From positions 79,115-143,114 of the forward strand of contig JBHLKM010000011.1 of the NCBI GenBank assembly GCA_048886685.1: DNA of 64,000 nucleotides. Reading direction: 5' to 3'. Made by a program: the position numbers and the translations under genes. Below are positions 60,001 through 64,000 of the stretch, piece after piece; within the stretch, counting starts at the first letter, position 1, and every line of letters begins with the position of its first letter. Under the pieces are notes generated by a model. The model had not been told where the DNA came from and did not search any database. It was given only the letters and a program-made list of their open reading frames with translations. The stretch is from Candidatus Hodarchaeota archaeon (GTDB lineage: Archaea; Asgardarchaeota; Lokiarchaeia; Sigyniarchaeales; SOKP01).

Positions 60001-61662
60001 ATCACTATTCCAATGGAAAATATTGGTGGAGATACTTATTTAGCTGTAATTCCACATGATAATACTACAAATATGATCCAATACTATATAAAAGCTGTAG
60101 ATCTTGCAGGGAATGCTTTTTATCGGGATAGAGGTAGCCTATATTACACTTATGATATGCCTAGATATGAATGGGAGAGTCTTGGTCTTTTTAATGAAAC
60201 AACAAGCTACTCTTCATCACAGAATTATGAAATCTCGATAACTATTACAACTGATCTTGAATATGTCCAAAGCCTTATTTTTCGCTATTCCTATGACGGG
60301 GGCACTACATGGTACGAGTTAGAATTGTTACCAAATAGTCCTGAATTTATTGGGATTTTAGAAGATATTCCAGAAGATACACAGATCTTAATGTATGAAT
60401 TACTTTTAAATGATATTTTCGGTGAGCAGGTTACCCTTTATGAAACTCAACAAATTTCATTCTTCCCTGAAATCCCCAGTTTTACAATTACTGGCCCACA
60501 ATCAATTATTGTAATTACGATTGCAGCAGTTGTAGGCTTTCTTGTCGCTTTTGGATATATTAAACTAAAAAGTAAGAGTCATGAAGTGATTTATAAACAA
60601 ATTTTTCTTAGAGAATATGCAAAAAAATCAGTTAAAATAGAAAAAAACGCGGATACACCGAAAAAAAAGCATATAAAGATAGGGAAAAAAAAAGGAGTCT
60701 CTGATGAAAAAGGAGTACTCTTAGAGAAATCCGTGGGAGCATCACCATTCACTATAGCATATTTAGGGATATTATCGATAACTCTGGCAGTTTTCTTTCT
60801 CGGATATAACTTCGCAGAAGTTAATCCCCAGGGGGGAGTTCTGCTCCTCGCAGCAAGTCTAGTTCTCAGCATTTTTGGTTATATGATTCTTATTAGTAGA
60901 GATATTAGTCTTAATATTTATTTAGAGAAGATATTTAAGCGAAATATCATGCTAGAATTTTTCCAGATAGGTTTTATGCTGCTTAATATCATTATAATCT
61001 TATTTAAAGGATATGAGATTGCCTGGTTTCGCTACTATTTGATAGAACAAACGTATGATCTTGGTACAGTTTCTATACCTAAATTATATATTTCAGTTTT
61101 TGGCGTTTTCTTTACTTCACTGGTACTTGTAATGATAACCACTTACCTCCAATTAAGAAAAACTGTTAAAAATGTCCAAGCTCAACGCTCTCAAGGTGCT
61201 TCAGATAATCTACTTCTATATATAAAAGACCAAAATTCTTCACGACTAATAACCCAAATGGGGTATAAAACAATAGCATTTATGGTAACAGTACTGATCG
61301 GTATCGTTTCAACCACTAACTTACTAACTGCGGAAACTGGAATGGCTCTTTTAGTTGTAATAATTCCATTTATTATAGCTGGTTTTTCAGCTCTAATTGT
61401 ACATCGTATAATGGAAAGAAAAAGCCAAAAAGAAAAGATAGAAGATATTGAATTACCATTCATAGATTCTAGAAAAGAATGTAATAATTGTGGGAAATCA
61501 ATATATCTATCAAATAAATATTGTGGTTCATGTGGGAATCAAGTGATTTATGCAGAAAATGTTGGGATTTATACTTCAAAATGTCCCATATGTGATGGAT
61601 ATATATATGAAGAGGCAGAATTTTGCCCTACCTGTGGTACAGAGGTAAAAAAACAAGCATAA
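57076..61662 (+). CDS. Large membrane protein: signal peptide, Asp-box (BNR/sialidase-like) and Ig/FlgD-like ectodomain, seven TM helices, C-terminal double zinc ribbon
   Basis: SxDxGxxW repeats (SDDKGGTW, SLDNGTTW, SDDNGITW, SHDNGITW, SADLGFNW, SNDLGATW, SYDGGTTW); 7 hydrophobic segments at about 60505-61401; CNNC-CGSC-CPIC-CPTC. Confidence 0.85.
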   Translation: MKKFQKISIILIGFAIIPSILCIGALNGNNVSENSNFNSNHLNISEEPFLLLQEFGASTYYISPEASPGSNDEVFFSFMTNKDGNFSISVNNYPSELTSTIELEDDVAFDNPSGTNLWYLSYLELDIEFEGLTINRIGNYSIKLLISDDKGGTWERKTIAEFIPSGMNFAELFRDLAGLGLSAYPEMGLIGAVSWYNYSDLVFVGSLDNGTTWGTPKTIIKAGDIGADFFFNPFQGFYPLLEICILKNSSIYVLTQANSPSYTPIVYFRSDDNGITWSIPKNVTVSRGDNLRKIKMQVDYETGDFWFMWMYTNDTIDYQIEWSEFNRLNNETLYSNVPVNIIYNGKDCNFDFLYDGQGSIFRMIRVHPIGSYPFENFEVFNFTCTSFGSSWDNTSLGYHDVLDNHYASVFTLNFAFDGNEFQLFYEASYTGFTELYQYYVRKNPIFWEINGFFIKDEPIQIHWNGRKYITEQITISTVRVEFTAQNNTDTISRTKYITIDNDTPYYEEYIQKKHYFNPLSGDITFTEVEWDLLASEECTAFLEIFKQGSSLSDWQKVTNNNLHELDPKIFRSNTGELYILYHSVELGTKIVYLIKSHDNGITWSSPVEITRITSKSSDFRYEGAAWGPVVIIYLRDVDSGEDLFYRSFVGGEFFEPPIPMMNLVINDKVEKLKISNNGTLFLLYRNYPALYTVLKSADLGFNWDVSAQWTDYPPNFTAVYDLKADMAYDYENDLLHVVLPYLNYTRVANYSVATLDVSTSTWREPRGTGTIYPMGTYSREPKLLITRDSDPPFIKLKILYIHDQQTMGTWTNYTLKEIVSNDLGATWSGPYLVENSNNATIFTSSIFDTFYVTQKSDGNDYEVYFSREGSLIRTKKETLSSASHTDISFDGIDDFGAYISEGNYSYNLHLRDDAGNFINTQGWFFADYNAPEISEPIVNWTFTPTPRLDVEVTADITDGIGFSAFIYYKRDLGTWITIPMENIGGDTYLAVIPHDNTTNMIQYYIKAVDLAGNAFYRDRGSLYYTYDMPRYEWESLGLFNETTSYSSSQNYEISITITTDLEYVQSLIFRYSYDGGTTWYELELLPNSPEFIGILEDIPEDTQILMYELLLNDIFGEQVTLYETQQISFFPEIPSFTITGPQSIIVITIAAVVGFLVAFGYIKLKSKSHEVIYKQIFLREYAKKSVKIEKNADTPKKKHIKIGKKKGVSDEKGVLLEKSVGASPFTIAYLGILSITLAVFFLGYNFAEVNPQGGVLLLAASLVLSIFGYMILISRDISLNIYLEKIFKRNIMLEFFQIGFMLLNIIIILFKGYEIAWFRYYLIEQTYDLGTVSIPKLYISVFGVFFTSLVLVMITTYLQLRKTVKNVQAQRSQGASDNLLLYIKDQNSSRLITQMGYKTIAFMVTVLIGIVSTTNLLTAETGMALLVVIIPFIIAGFSALIVHRIMERKSQKEKIEDIELPFIDSRKECNNCGKSIYLSNKYCGSCGNQVIYAENVGIYTSKCPICDGYIYEEAEFCPTCGTEVKKQA

Positions 61663-61837
61663 TTCTAAATTTTATTATTTTTTTTTATTAAGATTTTTAA
61701 CTTATCTTTAGAGAGATTGGACTCACTTTTTATTTTCATATAATATATTATAAAAATGAAGAAAATTCAAGTAAAAATTAAATATGATAAAATTAAAATT
61801 TAAAATTAGATAGGAATTCAAATAGGTTTGTTAGATT

Positions 61838-63226
61838 ATGTCAATGCATCTTTTAGAAAAAGAAATAGTGCAAAACAATATTTTCTTTGTAATTCCTAGT
61901 TGGGGTGATTTACTAGGTTTCCCTACTTTAGGAAATTATGCTAATCATAATATTTCAAAAATTTCCCAAGATCTTGTCATTTTTTTAGCTAGTAGTGAAT
62001 GCGCTATATCTACAGAAAGAGGTACACTTTACTTCTTATTTGGGTTAGGATATTATTATATAAAATTCGAATTAGAATCTGGAAGATATATTACAGACCA
62101 TCGTCAACTCACAGGATTAGTTTTGCCTGATTTTGTCTATGATCACTTAGCAACATCAAAAAATATTACTTTAGAAAATGATCGAGATGTTATCATAGGG
62201 GAAAAATTATTCAAATTACCAATAGATATGTCATCCAAATCAGAAAATAAAATTACCTTTATACAAGGAACTTTGATGAGAAACCTTTTCATCCCATATA
62301 AAGACATCTTCTTAGAATTTATGGAAACCATACGCGATCATAAATCTTTTCAATTAAATAGAACTGGACATTTGTTGTTAAGTACTCATTGGTATTTCTA
62401 CAACAAAATATTGATCTCAGGAAATATGGAATATGAACCTAAAACGGAGTATTTAAAACCTACCGCGGGGTTATTCGGAATTAGTTTTGGATCAGATAAA
62501 GTCTTAAATGAGTATTTCACAATATCCGAATTGAAGGAGATTGACGATTCTATTATAAAATTAAAAATCCTCTATTCTTCTATTGATTATGATCCTATGT
62601 TTCTCTTTTCAATTATAGAAAATGCAGCCCCTTTATTAAGGGCACCTAAACCATTTTCTTTTAATCTTGAGGATGATCGAATGCATAAAAAAATGCCAAA
62701 GGAATCAATTTTTATCTCTGCTGAAAGGCGAATGAATTCTTTTAAAGATTGGCCTGTTGAATTTAAAAGACAAACAAGGGAACAATTAGAAAGCAGTAAT
62801 ATCCAAGAAAAATCAAGACTTTATCAACCTGATAAAAAAGAAATGCTTGAAAAACCGAAAGTTATAAAATTTCATAAAAGGGAAGAAGAATTTGAACTTA
62901 GGACAATGAAGAGACCTTTTATAGAAATTAAACCTCTTCCATACATACCACATGAAAATGCCTTAGAAATTCTTTTAACGTTAAAGAAGATTGTTGAAGG
63001 AAATTATGATATACGTACAATTGGAAAAGCTTTTAATATAGCACGAAATAACATCAAAAAGAAAGTACTTCACGAAAACTATTTGTGGGATCTGAGCAAA
63101 TATGCAAATATTTATGAACGAACAGAACCTAATATAGGATTGAGTTTAAAAGAAAAGACTGAACTTCTTGAAGAAATTGATAAATGGGTTAAAACTTCAG
63201 TAGATCATTCTGATAAATTGATATAA
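61838..63226 (+). CDS. Hypothetical protein (globular N-domain, charged linker, C-terminal helical bundle)
   Basis: 462-aa ORF; no recognisable catalytic motif; ends 21 bp before the profilin gene. Confidence 0.75.
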   Translation: MSMHLLEKEIVQNNIFFVIPSWGDLLGFPTLGNYANHNISKISQDLVIFLASSECAISTERGTLYFLFGLGYYYIKFELESGRYITDHRQLTGLVLPDFVYDHLATSKNITLENDRDVIIGEKLFKLPIDMSSKSENKITFIQGTLMRNLFIPYKDIFLEFMETIRDHKSFQLNRTGHLLLSTHWYFYNKILISGNMEYEPKTEYLKPTAGLFGISFGSDKVLNEYFTISELKEIDDSIIKLKILYSSIDYDPMFLFSIIENAAPLLRAPKPFSFNLEDDRMHKKMPKESIFISAERRMNSFKDWPVEFKRQTREQLESSNIQEKSRLYQPDKKEMLEKPKVIKFHKREEEFELRTMKRPFIEIKPLPYIPHENALEILLTLKKIVEGNYDIRTIGKAFNIARNNIKKKVLHENYLWDLSKYANIYERTEPNIGLSLKEKTELLEEIDKWVKTSVDHSDKLI

Positions 63227-63247
63227 TAATAAATTATAACTCAAATT

Positions 63248-63907
63248 ATGGTAAATATTAAATCAATCGTTGATAGATTGCAGAAACATTATCCTGATGC
63301 TTCCCAAGTTGCAGTTGTTAATAGAGCTGGAAAAGTTTTACATTCTAGTGGTAAATGGGATGTTAAGAGGGATATAAATGGAGTTCTCGATAACTGGACT
63401 AGTGGAAATGCCCAATTTGTCACTCTTGATGGTATTAGATACTCAATTCTACAAATGGAACCTGAACGATTTATCGCAACTAATCGAAAGAATGAAGGTC
63501 ATCTAATCGGCGCGTCATCACCGGATGGAAATACACTTTTTATTGCCCATATTAGACCAAAAGCAAAAGGATGGTTCCATATGGCATATCCCGCTGTTGC
63601 TAGAGCTGCTGCTATGATGAAAAAGAAATCAGATTCAACATTTATGGGAACAAAAGTCGATTTATCAGGTGTTAGTGAGACAAATGTAGTAGGAGCTCCA
63701 ACAGGATATACTTCTTCTAATTTTCAAGTACAACAACCGTCAGTTGATCCTTCTCTTAAATCTGAAATTGAAGGTTTTTTACAATGGATTAATAATCCTC
63801 AAGGATTAGCTGGCTATATTGCTTATGCTTTACAGCAAAATAATAATAAACAAATCTCTAGACTCGCTGAGTTTTATAATGAATTTTATCATATTTTCTA
63901 CGATTAA
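63248..63907 (+). CDS. Asgard-type profilin with an approximately 95-aa C-terminal extension
   Basis: aa 1-124 VAVVNRAGKVLHSSGKWDV..DI...FVTLDGIRYSILQMEPERFIATN.KNEGHLIG...FIAHI follow the Asgard profilin pattern; then an S/T/G/Q-rich linker and an amphipathic helical domain. Confidence 0.82.
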   Translation: MVNIKSIVDRLQKHYPDASQVAVVNRAGKVLHSSGKWDVKRDINGVLDNWTSGNAQFVTLDGIRYSILQMEPERFIATNRKNEGHLIGASSPDGNTLFIAHIRPKAKGWFHMAYPAVARAAAMMKKKSDSTFMGTKVDLSGVSETNVVGAPTGYTSSNFQVQQPSVDPSLKSEIEGFLQWINNPQGLAGYIAYALQQNNNKQISRLAEFYNEFYHIFYD

Positions 63908-64000
63908 TTCATTCTAAAACGATAGCCCTTTAAGATAGATTCATAAAAAGACTCGCTATTTGTTTGATAAATAGAAAAGAAAATTGTTTTATTTTAATGA

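Noticed and set aside
461-62331. Short overlapping ORFs in the track (e.g. 461-658, 4117-4323, 9091-9339, 27819-28262, 35250-35579, 42872-43129, 44350-44541, 45184-45543, 55903-56280, 56813-57010, 60591-60872)
   Set aside because: They are antisense or off-frame shadows of well-supported genes or relics and have no motifs of their own.
63917-63965. Imperfect inverted repeat (aaacgatagc...gctatttgttt) after the profilin gene as an ncRNA or SECIS
   Set aside because: The stem is weak, there is no AUGA/GA core and no upstream in-frame UGA, and it lies at the window edge; at most a terminator-associated hairpin.
1-64000. Genome-wide reassignment of TGA (genetic code 4 or 25)
   Set aside because: TGA terminates ordinary genes (36955-36957, 41380-41382), Trp is encoded by TGG, and other long ORFs have no internal TGA.
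1-64000. CRISPR arrays, tRNA/rRNA genes, IS elements, integrases or prophage genes
   Set aside because: No regularly spaced repeats, GC-rich structured RNA blocks, or transposase/integrase motifs were seen by eye; a tRNAscan/Infernal run would be needed to exclude small RNAs.

Overview
AT-rich (about 30% GC by eye), gene-dense archaeal chromosome segment that looks like an Asgard archaeon of the Lokiarchaeia. Evidence: tandem Rab-like GTPases, a profilin, a membrane-anchored longin-like domain, a eukaryote-type SECIS and GGTGA ribosome-binding sites. Most genes are anaerobic heterotrophic metabolism: two tungsten aldehyde:ferredoxin oxidoreductases, Fe-ADH, an ADP-forming acyl-CoA synthetase subunit, aminotransferases, xylulokinase/rpe, a corrinoid methyltransferase pair and QueG/RdhA-like B12 proteins. 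The ORF track misses or fragments several things. (1) A selenoprotein operon: hdrA (2 in-frame UGA) and mvhD (2 in-frame UGA), followed by one eukaryote-like SECIS hairpin and an fdhB/frhB-like gene. (2) A 55-aa, 10-Cys tandem desulforedoxin-like mini-protein. (3) Four gene relics. The best candidates for undescribed biology are a 1528-aa Asp-box ectodomain/7-TM/zinc-ribbon protein with adhesion-GPCR-like topology lying just upstream of a profilin that carries an extra C-terminal domain, a 1931-aa single-pass surface protein with a cytoplasmic longin-like domain near two Rab-like GTPases, and an HdrD-type protein with a whole NfnB/GltD module inserted inside its first CCG domain. No rRNA, tRNA, CRISPR array or mobile element was seen. 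All family assignments come from motif recognition by eye, not from database searches.
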